Shown: in pieces, positions 12,688-24,117 of the stretch
How the letters are laid out: each line of letters begins with the position of its first letter
Numbering within the stretch: position 1 is the stretch's first letter
Assembly (NCBI RefSeq): GCF_006345805.1
Contig: NC_042997.1
Coordinates: 159,526,001-159,590,000 of the forward strand
From: Octopus sinensis
Lineage: Eukaryota
Direction: 5' to 3'
DNA length: 64,000 bases
Position numbers and translations under genes: made by a program
The notes under the pieces: model-generated
What the model saw: only the letters and a program-made list of their open reading frames with translations
Told to the model about the DNA's origin: nothing
The model's database searches: none

Positions 12688-12804
12688 TTGAATTTTCTGC
12701 TGCTTAAAATAAAGCATATTACTCTACCACTGGTATTTGAGTACTCTTTCCACCTTGTTCACATTTATGTGTTTACTCCGGTACATAATATATATATATA
12801 TAAT

Positions 12805-12861
<57 letters not shown>

Positions 12862-12869
12862 TATACATA

Positions 12870-13095
12870 TGTGTATGTGTGTGTATATGTTTGTGTGTCT
12901 GTGTTTGTCTCCCCAACATCACTTGACAACCGATGCTGGTGTGCTTACGTCCCTGTAACTTAGTGGTTTGGCAAAAGAGACCGATAGAATAAGTACTAGG
13001 CTTACAAAGAATAAATCCTGGGATCGATTTGTTTGACTAAAGGTGGTGCTCCAGCATGGCCACAGTCAAATGACTAAAACAAGTAAAATAGTAAA
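12870..13095 (+). mobile_element. SINE family A, 3' half (continuation of 7529-7690)
   Basis: Collinear with 45450-45672; ends CCAGCATGGCCACAGTCAAATGACTAAAACAAGTAAAA. Confidence 0.9.
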
Positions 13096-13379
13096 CAGAG
13101 TTGCAATTCTTTTGTATAAAATCTTCTTTTTATCCAAAAATGATAAATATTGATGATTACCCATTAAATGCCAATGTCAGCCAGTATTCGTTTTCAAATG
13201 TAAAAACGTGTGAGTGGCTGTTGGTGGTCACTTGGTCACAAAGTAGTTGGGGACTGCTAAAAAGGTTTTGAGGGCATTTAATCTGGTCATCATTTTTGAC
13301 TGTTGTTAAAAAGGTTTTGGGGTTAATATGTATGACTCATAAGTAAAGAATGGTGTCTACACTACCGTCAGAAATTAAT

Positions 13380-13770
13380 TAGCACCCTTGATTTGCTCAC
13401 CATGAAGCATGGTGGGAGTGGTCTGATGGTGTGAGGGGCGTTCAGCTACAGTGGTGTTGGGCGGCTCTATGCTGTCGAAGGCAACATCAACGCAGCAAAG
13501 TACATTGAGATAGTACGGGATACCTCTTTGGTGGCGAGGAGTACGTGCTGGCCAGTCACCTGATCTGAACCCTATTGAGAACCTCTGGAGTCGATTGGGT
13601 AGGGATTTGAATGTGCAGCAATACAGGAACCGACACGAGCTGTTTGGGGCACTTCTTGCTGCATGAGGGGCCATCCCTGCACAGTACCTGCAGGCACTCA
13701 TAGACAGCATGCCGACCCGCGTAGCAGCTGTCATTGCTGCCAAAGGAGGTGCAACAATATTGACTAAATT
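13380..13770 (+). mobile_element. Internally deleted Tc1 (DD34E-type) transposase remnant
   Basis: + strand translation gives MKHGGSGLMV*GAFSYSGVG...AAKYIEI, SPDLNPIENLW and IDSMPTRVAAVIAAKGG. Confidence 0.8.
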
Positions 13771-13919
13771 TCACGATTAATAACAATTATGTGGTGTGCT
13801 GGGATATGTTTTAATAAATTTTTGATTAAAAACGAGTTTGTTTCTGATAATAAGTTAATTAAATTAAGAAAATGTAAGAAAATGTAGAAATTTGAGAAGT
13901 GCTAATTAATTTCCGACGC

Positions 13920-14510
13920 AAGTGTATTTGTGTAATTGTATGTGTGTATGTTTGTGTGTGTATGTTTGTGTGTGTGTGTGTGTTTTTCTGGGAAATCTGG
14001 ATAGCAGGTTTATGTGTGTGTGTGTGTGTGCATGTACGTGGGTGTTCCATTTGCATGTGTGTATGTGTTTGTCTACATATGTGTGCATGCATATACGTGT
14101 ATGTCCATGTGTATGTGTGTGCTGTGGTTGTCAGGGCAGTCTGTCTGTGTACGTGTGTATGTGTGTTATATTTGTCAGGGTGGTGTGTATATGTGTGTAT
14201 ATGTGTATGCATGTGTATGTGTGTGTTATATTTGTCAGGGTGCTGTGTTTATGTATGAGTGCATATGTGTATGTATGTTATGTTTGTTGGGGGTGGTGTG
14301 CATGTGTGCATATGTGTGTGTGTATGTGTGCATGTATGTGCATGTGTATGTGTGTGTGTTGCATTTGTTAGGGCGTATGTGTACATCTACATGTGTACAC
14401 ATGTATGTATGCATATGCATGTGTGTACATTGTATTGGTTAGAATGGTTTGTGCATGCATGTGGGTATGCGTGTGTGTTTATGTATGTGTGTGTGTTTGT
14501 GTATGTGTCT
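13920..14510. repeat. Complex (TG)/(TATG) microsatellite
   Basis: Direct inspection; source of several spurious C/V/Y/M-rich ORFs. Confidence 0.95.
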
Positions 14511-14544
14511 CTAACCACTAACTTTACTTTGTTATATATATATA

Positions 14545-14938
14545 CTAGCAGTATCGCCCGGCGTTGCTCGGGTTTGTAAGGGAAATAATTATATAAGCAT
14601 TTTTAGAGATGTAAAGTATAATAGCCATCTCAATATGGCTAACCACAAAGGGAGAGGGGTGTTACTGTAGCTTTTTACGTTCTGAGATTTAATAATAAAT
14701 TTTAGAGAGTTACTTCCCTTATATATGTCAAAAATGGATTAAAAATGGGAAAAATTGATGGTAAATTTTTTTTAAATCGTAGACTCATCGTAGACGCGCG
14801 CTAATACCCAGACGGTCTCGATATGAATCACGACTATAAGATACCCGGTTTTGGTTAAACTGCACCGCAAAATGTGGGAGTAGTTAGGAATCTAAATCGT
14901 AGGAGACAGACACACAACCTCACTTTTATATATAAAGA
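14545..14938 (-). mobile_element. Complete non-autonomous Helitron, family A
   Basis: On the minus strand A|TC...hairpin...CTAG|T, with no TSD. Confidence 0.85.
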
Positions 14939-15040
14939 TTTCCTCTATTTACATAATATTGAGGTCTCTTTCTTTCTTTTGTTATCTTACTGTTTTTACC
15001 AATATACATATATATATATATAAATATATATATAGTTACA

Positions 15041-15358
15041 GAGATGTACTTGCATAGCAAGTGACTTGATCTGAGATCGTGTGCTGGAACGAAAACAGTT
15101 GCAGCGTTGAAGGTGTTTATAAGCCATTTAAGAAACACACAAAAACCGTTAGATTCACTTCAACATTTAAATTTAATTTGTCAAAATATTTTTGTCGCTT
15201 TGAGACCACGACCTGTTAAGCACGATATTTTTGTCAGTGAACAGGTCGCGGTCTCAAAGCGACGAAAATATTTTGGCAAATTAAATTTAAATGTTGAAGT
15301 GAATGTAACGGTTTTTGTGTGTTTCTTAAATGGCTTACAAACACCTTCCACGCTGCAA
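15041..15358. mobile_element. Fold-back non-coding element with asymmetric arms and a hammerhead-like motif; second copy at 28067-28394
   Basis: Arms ~15099-15217 / 15240-15358; extra ~58 bp tail on the left; (TA)n flanks. Confidence 0.8.
15230..15280 (+). ncRNA. Candidate minimal hammerhead with G3:C8 covariant core
   Basis: TTTGTCA-GTGAACA-G-GTCGC(GGTCTCAAA)GCGAC-GAAA, with AATATT palindromic stem III, then U17 and TGGCAAA closing stem I. Confidence 0.5.
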
Positions 15359-15378
15359 TATATATATACATATATATA

Positions 15379-15409
<31 letters not shown>

Positions 15410-15784
15410 GTGTATATGTGTATGCATGTATGTGTGTGTGTGTGCGTGTCTGTGCTTGTGATTGTCCTCCACCACTGCTTGACAACGAATGTTGGTTTGT
15501 TTACATCCCTGTCACCTAGTGGTTTGACAAAGGAAACAAATAGAATAAGTACAATGCTTACAAAAATAAAACTGGAGTTGATTCATTAAACAACAATTCT
15601 TCAAGGCATTGTCCCAGCATGTATGTATGTATGAGCCTATGAGGGAGACCCCTACATGGCAGCTAGACATGGTAGAAATAGCAGCCAAATCTCCCTCAAA
15701 TCACACCTTACTGTCTTATCTTTCTGCTACTTGGATATAGGTGTTATATTCGTAGTAAAAAACTTTCCTGTCACACACTCACGC

Positions 15785-15820
<36 letters not shown>

Positions 15821-15968
15821 CCTCACACACACACACACGCGCACACACACACACACACACTCACACACACGCACGTTAGCTTACAATTTTATTTATATAT
15901 TTGCGTGTCTATGTGTGGAAAGAGGAAGTGGGAGGCAGAGTGAAAGAATCACTCACTACAGTAAGTGA

Positions 15969-16238
15969 ATTACTTTCATTTTATTCATTGCCCACTGTGT
16001 GTGTGCGTTTGCGTGTGGTGTAAACCAGACTAAGAAAAGCATTTGACACACACACCAGAATGTGAGTTTTCTGTAAATTTTGCTTAATTGGAGTTTAAAT
16101 TTTAAAAACTGGACCTGGCATGACGCGATGCATTGTACTCTTAAAAATGCTAGGTAAATTGTAATTGAAGAAATCCTATATTGTAGATTTGTATAACTCC
16201 CAAAGGGAGGCAGATAAAATCTGCCTTTTATAATAAGA
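15969..16238 (-). mobile_element. 5' portion of Helitron-like family B (also 18923-19193)
   Basis: Near-identical to 18923-19193; minus strand starts A|TC followed by hairpin GGCAGATtttATCTGCC. Confidence 0.6.
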
Positions 16239-16493
16239 TATATATATACACATATACTAGCAAATGCACCTATTCTTTCGACAGTTTAAGTTGCTTTGAG
16301 GATATTTTTTTCACCAAATAATTGAACTACTGAGAAGGTTTATGAGTAGTATGGCAAGCTATGTTTCTGATTAACCTAGGAATGGAAAATCAAATTGAAA
16401 GCTGGTTATTGGGGAGATTTGCACTTTAATAATCATAGAATATATACGTTTGCAAGTGACGCAAAGTAGAGCTACTATATATATACATACATA

Positions 16494-16523
<30 letters not shown>

Positions 16524-16524
<1 letters not shown>

Positions 16525-19500
16525 CATCATCATCATTTAACGTACGTTTTCCATGCTAGCATGGGTTAGACTGTTTGACTGAGATCTGAGAGCCAGCGGC
16601 TGCACCAGGCTCCAATCTGATCTGGCAATGTTTCTACAGTTGAATGTCCTTCCTAATGCCAACCTCTCCGTGAGTGTAGTGGATGCGTTTTATGTGTTAC
16701 CAGCACGGGAGCCAGTCAGGGGGCACTGGTCACTGTCCAACACATCAGGAATATTCCTAACAGGGCCGGACATGCATGGCTGCGATCTCACTTTAGTTGC
16801 CGGTCTTCTCAATCACAGCATATCTCCAAAGGTCTCACTCTCCCATCATTACCTCTGTGAGGCCCAGTGTTTGAAGGTCATGCTTAACCACCTCATCCCA
16901 TGTCTTCCTGGGTCTATCTCTTCTACAGGTTCCTTCTACAGTTAGCGAGTGGAAATTCACACAGCTGTTTTACTTCATACATTATGCAAGACCAAACCAG
17001 TGCAGATCCCTCTCTTACACACTACATTTGATGCTTCTTATGCCCAACTTTTCTCTCAGGGCACTTACACTCTGTCGTGTATGCACACTGACATTACACA
17101 TCCAGCAGATCATACTAGCTTCATTTCTTTCAAGCCTACGCATGTCCTCAGCTGTCATGGCCCTTGTTTCATTGCCATGTAGCATGGTAGTTTGCACACA
17201 TGCATCATACACTTTACCTTTCATCCTGAGCGAGAGCCCTTAGTTGCCAGCAGAGGTAGGAGTTCGCTGAACTTTGTCCAGGATATTCTTACTCTAGTCG
17301 CTACACTCTCAGAGCAACTACACCCACTACAGACTTGGTCACCTAGGCAGCAAAAACTATTAACTATTTCTAGTTTCTCCCCCTGGCATATGATGGAATC
17401 TGTTTTCTGTACACCTTCAGTGTTGATTACCCCAGTGCTATCTGCCACACACAAAAACTATTTTCCCAGTTAACCTGCCTTTGATATTGCTGCACCTTTA
17501 ATGTGTCCAAAGCTTACACTGGATACATTGTATGGAGTTTCTACCCGTGCTTTTTCTACAGATTGAGCAGGGTCATCTACCTGAAGGGGGTTGTGATTTG
17601 ACAGCCTTCCTACTTACTAAGACTGGTTTTTGCTAGGTTAACACTAAGGCCCTTCGATTCTAGACCTTGCTTCCACACCCTAAACTTTGTCTCCAGTTCT
17701 ACCAGTGACTCAGCTATTACAGCAAGGTCATCAGCACAGAAGAGCTCCCAGGGGCAGCCTGTTTTGAATTCCTCTGTTATTGCCTGGAGAACTATAATGA
17801 ACTAGCAGTATCGCCCGGCGTTGCTCGGGTTTGTAAGGGAAATAACTATATAAGCATTTTTAGAGAGTTATAGCCAAAAAATAACAAAAAAATGCATTAA
17901 AAATTGAAAAAAAATTAAGGTAAATTTTTTTTTAAATCGTTGACACATAGTAGATATTTTTAGAGAGTTACTTCCCTTATATAAAAGCGAAAAAAATGCA
18001 TTAAAATGGAAAAATATGATGGTAAATTTTTTTTAAATCGTAGACTCACGCTAATACCCAGAAGGGCTCGATATGAATCACGACTATAAGATACCCGCTT
18101 TTGGTTAAACTGCACCGCAAAATGTGGGAGTAGTTAGGAATCTAAATCATAGGAGACAGACACACAGCTTCACTCTTATATAAAGATGCTTTTTTTTTTT
18201 CAGTCATAGAGTTAGATTTATGAAGGTCTTCAGTAGAAAATCCTTCGAATTCTGACTCGCTGCTTGATATAATGAAATTCGTATCCATTTTTTGTCAGAA
18301 TTACAAATTTTGAAAACACAATAGGAACAAATTTCGGAAAAAAATCTCCCATAATTCACGGAATTAAAATTACACTTCGATTTTTGTACAAAACTGTAGT
18401 TGAAGTGTTTACGAAGTATAATACGTGTTTTCACGAATGTACTAAAGAGATTTGCTCTGATATTCTCAATTAAATATGAATAGGTAAATTCGGGCGGCTT
18501 GGTAACTATATATAAGTGTCGTCTGTTTATACATAAACACTGTTTACTAATAACAAACACACACGTGTTTGTATGTAGTTGTATGTGTATGTAGTTGTAT
18601 ATGTATGTGTATGCGTGTGTGTGAGGAATGACACACACACACTCACGCACGCACACATGTACATCAATGCTTTCGGAGTGATATGTTAAAATATTGAGTT
18701 TTCTCGAATTTTGTCTTAATTGGTGGTAAAATTGAAAGAAATTTTTTATGGCATCACCCACTGAAGTACTCTGAAAAATCTTAGGTAAATTCTAATTGAA
18801 GAAATTGTGTGAGGAGTAAATGGTTATGTATTTATTTGTTTCTGTTTGCTGTGTTTTTTAATTTTTTGAGTAGTGGTTTAAATACTTTCAGTTTAGTCTT
18901 CCTCAAATCACTCTGTCGCTATTTACTTTCATTTTATTCGTTGCACACTGTGTGTGTGCGTTTGCATGTGGTGTAAACCAGACTAAGAAAAGCATTTGAC
19001 ACACACACCAGAATGTGAGTTTTCTGTAAATTTTGCTTAATTGGAGTTTAAATTTTAAAAACTGGACCTGGCATGACACGATGCATTGTACTGTTAAAAA
19101 TGCTAGGTAAATTGTAATTGAAGAAATCCTATATTGTAGATTTCTATAACTCCCAAAGGGGGGCTGATAAAATCTGCCTTTTATAATAAGAGATAAGAGG
19201 GGGCTGAGGACTGATCCTTGGAGAATGCCTACTTCTACTCAGAATTCTTCAATATACTCGATGCCAACCCTCACCTTACTGCCAGCATCACTGTACAGCT
19301 CTTTCCAACTCCTTGTCTATCCCCAGTTTCTACATTGACCACCAGATAAAGGATTGGGGGACCCTGTCAAAGGCTTTCTCCAAGACAACAAAAGCCAAGT
19401 ACAGAGGTTTATCTTTGGTGAGATATTTCTCCTGCTGTTTGCCTTACTAGAAATATAGCATCAGTGGTGCTTCTGCCTGGTACAAAACCAAACTACATCT

Positions 19501-20110
19501 CATCTAGGTTATCTCTCTCCCTAATTAGTTGGGCTATGACCCTCTTTGTAACTTTCATCACCTGATCCAATAATTTGATACCACTGTAGTTATTTCTGTC
19601 TAAAGCATCACCTTTCCCCTTGTAGCAGTTGACTATGGTGCTGCTACACCAGTCATTGGGTATGACTACTTCATGAACTACCTGATTTATGATGCAGGTG
19701 ACAAGACCATAACCCACACCGCCAGATATTTTAAGCATCCCAGCACTGATTCCTGATGGGCCAGGTGCTTTCCCTGTTTTCATATCCTTAATTGCTTTAT
19801 CTACCTGGGTGCTGTTGATTCAGATAACTGGTCCCTCAATTGGGTCAACGTTTGACAGACTCTCCTCCTCTCATTCATTCTCCACATTCAGCAGTCTTCC
19901 ATAATGGCTTCTCCAACCCTCTTTTTTCACAGAATCATTAAACACAAGGGTACCATCATCCATGTGGATACATTTCTCTGTTATGACATCATGGTTTTCT
20001 CTCGCACATTGTCTTGCAATCTGAAATACTTCAGTTCTTTGGTCCTGATGTCACCGAACATTGGCAAACTTCTTCTTTTCTGCTGATCCTTTGGCTATAT
20101 ATGTACCTGT
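16524..20110 (-). mobile_element. RTE LINE remnant, split by a Helitron insertion at 17802-19193
   Basis: RT fragments KAPGPSG...YKGKGDALDRNNYSGIKLL and YDACVQTTMLHG; flanks rejoin as GAACTATAATGAA|TAAGAGGGG, matching the uninterrupted copy at ~5990-6020. Confidence 0.88.
17802..19193 (-). mobile_element. Composite Helitron: family B 5' end + internal sequence + complete family A element (17802-18186)
   Basis: Whole insert sits at A|T, begins TC (19193) and ends CTAG (17802) on the minus strand; no TSD. Confidence 0.75.
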
Positions 20111-20867
20111 CTCTTAGCTTCCCTTTTCGCTATCTGATACAATATTCTGCTACCCTCACTCTTCCAGGCATTCCAAGCCCGTTTCTCTGTTTTAATGGCC
20201 CTGCCTACAGTATTGTTCCACCATCATGTTACATGGTTGAATATAGAGAACAAATTTTTGTGTGGATTGTGGGTATTTGACACCTATTTCTAGCATTGGT
20301 GCTAGTCATTTTCAGTAGCCCTTAACTGTAATTATATTTTTATAATTATATAATTAAAAAAATTTAATGTTACCTATATGGTCATTTTTACATGCTAGGT
20401 CACTGATATAATCATTTTTATGATTATAACCTTATATATATGTATCCAAATTTAGGGAATAGAGTAGATAAAATCCATGCTAAATATGTTTCCTAGCTAG
20501 CAGAAACTTGGACGTAGTAATTAGCCAAATGAAGGGTACTCCACTAGTTACTTATCAGGCCAAAGATACTTAAGTTAAGTACCTCATTTTTAACTGCCTA
20601 CAACCTGAATAAATTGACTTGTATGAGCATAATAAGTTACTTTTTCCAAAGACTGAAACAGCTGTAAGAGTGATTTTAATGATTCCAATAATTTATATTA
20701 ATCTTTTTTTAATTGTATTCTTATCTTATATGTATTGAATTTTAATGTATATATGTATGTTATTATGGTCCTTGTTTTGTTAAGTAAATTAGTCAATATT
20801 CTAATATCCTAAAGCTGATAAACCAACTAAATTGTTTCTCCATTTTCTTATTTGTATTATACATACA

Positions 20868-20964
<97 letters not shown>

Positions 20965-21034
20965 GAATAAGGATAATATCGATATTATCGAGTGGCGAGC
21001 ATGGGAATAAATACCATACAAAGGTAATAATTTT

Positions 21035-21210
21035 TCACAACTATAAATAAGGGTATCTGAGAGACACCACCATGCCGAAATAGCAGTCAAACCCTGACCC
21101 TAAAAACCACCTAAAATGTTCAGGTGGTTTTTAGGTGGTTTTTATAGTTAGGGTTTGACTGCTATTTCGGCATGGTGGTGTCTCTCAGATACCCTTATTT
21201 ATAGTTGTGA
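21035..21210. repeat. Hairpin element with perfect 61 bp arms in (TA)n
   Basis: 21035-21095 is the reverse complement of 21150-21210; extra inner pairing TAAAAACCACCT/AGGTGGTTTTTA. Confidence 0.85.
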
Positions 21211-22274
21211 TATATATATATACATATTTATATATAAAGGTATATATAATAGTATACTAACTTGTTCATGGTAGGCTGGTAAACTGAAGAGAGGCTTAGG
21301 AGTAAAATGGCTGAGAAACACTGATCTGCTCTAAATGTTTGCAGCAGACAGGCCTCTACAAAAGACAATCAGTTCCTAAGTTGTGGTGCATAATGGGGCA
21401 ATAGATTAAAATTACATTGATTTGTCAAGAGTTTACGCGTACACTTTAGTACTTCCTACCTCAGTTTTGAAAAAAAAAAAAAATCTCAAAGAATAAATTT
21501 TTAGTTTGGCTGAATGGTAAACAAATTTTATACTATTTCGCCTTGAGATACAGTAGCTATCATTTGCAATTATTCTTGTGTTATTTCTGTTTTTCTATTA
21601 ACTGATCACAGAATTTAGTAATTCGTAATTTAAAAGTTCTTCTGAAATAGCTTCATTCAATTACTTTAATTCAAATTTTGGTTGATTGATATTTTGTGTG
21701 CTTTTGTTATTTTTCTTTTCAAAGAGAGTATTTCAAGGCAACAGAAATAATAGAAAAACAACAAAAAAAACAAACAACAATGAATTATGAAGAGAATGAG
21801 CTTTTAAAGGTTACAATAAATAAATGTATATAAACATATGTATATGTATGTATATATGTATCAAAATGTAACCACATGTGAATCATTGGCAATTTTTTTC
21901 CTCCATCTTCCTTTTCTGTTGGACTTTCCTCTCTTTCTGAAGAAGACCTTTCTTTCCTTCCCTGAGCATCTGCTAATACTTTACATGTACCATGTCCTCA
22001 CATTGTTGTTTTTTGCGTTTGTTCTTCAGTTTTTTATTTACTATGCACACACACACACACACACACATATATACATATACAAATATATATATATAATCAG
22101 TATGAGAAGTACACATAAGCCTATGCTATCATAAAACAACAGTATTACAAAGACCTTAGAGTGCCTTTAGTAAATTAGAAGAGGTACACCAAGGGAAAAT
22201 GAAAGAGGCTAAATCAGCTTAGCAGGAACGGACTTCTTTCATCTTTCCTTGCTATATGTGTGCATATATATATG

Positions 22275-22371
<97 letters not shown>

Positions 22372-22399
22372 ATATATATATTATATATATATTTCAGAT

Positions 22400-22640
22400 T
22401 ATCCAGATATTTCCAGATTATCTTTGCAATTTCGACTGGTTATCATATTTATATATATATATACATACATGTATGTATGTATATATATATATGTATATAT
22501 ATATATAATGACCAGCCGAAATTGCAAAGATAATCTGGAACTCGACTGAGGATAGAAAACTCTGAATGATTTACCCTTGTTTTCCTTGTGTCGTCTGTCT
22601 GGATATTTTGCATTCTTGTCCCATTTTTGTATTTTAAATA
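22400..22640 (+). mobile_element. Short non-coding repeat family with partial inversion; second copy at ~32940-33110 (-)
   Basis: 22400-22446 inverted against 22508-22540 across a (TA)n tract; 22510-22640 is homologous to the reverse complement of 32940-33100. Confidence 0.65.
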
Positions 22641-22878
22641 TATATATATATAAAATTAATATAGACAGTGGTGTGCAATGTTTTAGCAAAATGGAAAACT
22701 ATAATTAAAACCTTCTTTCCCCACAGATATATAACAGGTAAGTTATATATATTTTTTCAAATAATTTTTTAACCACCTATATTATTTTATTGGATATAAC
22801 TTTTTATGTGTATTCCATGGAATAAGATTATCCTGAAATAGGAGTTGTGTTCTATTGGTAAAATCCCAAATTAGTAAT

Positions 22879-22930
<52 letters not shown>

Positions 22931-22933
<3 letters not shown>

Positions 22934-24075
22934 TGAAAAGGAACACATGAGTTGATATATATGGAAAAATGTCAAGGTAGAAAATGCTAAAATAATTTTA
23001 TAAAAAAACATTTCTGTACCGGTTTCAGTCATTGAGACTTTTTTAACTGTAAGTATGGAAAACAATTAAATTTTGGAAAAATTAAAAGAAAAAAGTTTTT
23101 AAAAGACTATTTGCATAGTGTTCAAATACAAGTGGCATTTTCCTTGTTTCTGCCTGTTTCTGTCTCTCTTGTTTACTCTTGTGAGTTCGAGGTCATTGTC
23201 AACAAGTATATATTTATGTGTGTGTGTCTTTGTGTCTGTGTTTGTCCCCTCACCACTGCTTGACAACTGGTGTTGGCATGTTTACTTCCCCTTAACTTAG
23301 TAGTTCAGCAAAAAAGACCAATAGTAGGCTTAAACCCTTCAAGGCAGTGCTCCAGCATGGCAATAGTCAAATGACTGAAACTAAGTAAAAGATAAAAAAT
23401 AAAAGGGTGGCCATGAAGGTATCATTTTCACTCATAGGTCTACTCAATCAGAATTGACCTTGGGTTGATTATCAATAACATCTATTTTTCTTTGTTTTTT
23501 CTGCTTTTCTTTTGTGAGTAGATTTACTATCAGTTTACAATTCTATAAATTGACCAGGATGATGTTTACGAAATTATTAGGATGGACGATGTGAGTGAAA
23601 TAGTGGAACATGAGACTAGATACATTACGGTCCTGCAATTTATCATTTTTAGGTCTGTGTTCAAATGACCAATTACAACTTTCATCTACCCCAGGGTTCA
23701 TAATAAATAAAAATAAATAATATAAAAATATAAAGATATAAAATTATGAAATAAGATAAAATAAAATACCATGAAATTAAAATATATCCAAGATATTTTT
23801 ATGCATAGAATGACGTTAGAAGAAATGAATTATCTAACAGAGATATAATATAGATTTTGAAATGCTTGGATTGTTTGTTTATCCAATGATATTTAATTAT
23901 CCATATCTGTATTGATCAACCAATATCTATTTCCCCACTCCTTCTCTCTCTCCCTCCCTCTCAACATATGTATATAATTATATTAGGAGTATTAGATATA
24001 TTATCTGCCTATTTCTTGTTCTTTCTTTCTCTCTCTCTCTCTCACTCTCTCCTTACACACAATATGTGTATATAT

Positions 24076-24117
<42 letters not shown>

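Larger units (their letters stand above)
7724..12785 (+). mobile_element. Penelope-like element with inverted ~2.05 kb duplication of its 3' part
   Basis: 7724-9779 is the reverse complement of 10662-12714; unique spacer 9780-10661; ~70 bp extra tail 12715-12785; (TA)n on both flanks. Confidence 0.95.

Noticed and set aside
13859-14579. Cys/Val/His/Thr-rich ORFs here, and I/Y-rich ORFs at 22249-22549, 29-31 kb and 35115-35518
   Set aside because: Translations of (TG)n, (CA)n and (TA)n microsatellites
16257-16496. Possible third Helitron family (CTAG...AGAT ends)
   Set aside because: No clear hairpin and no second copy in the window
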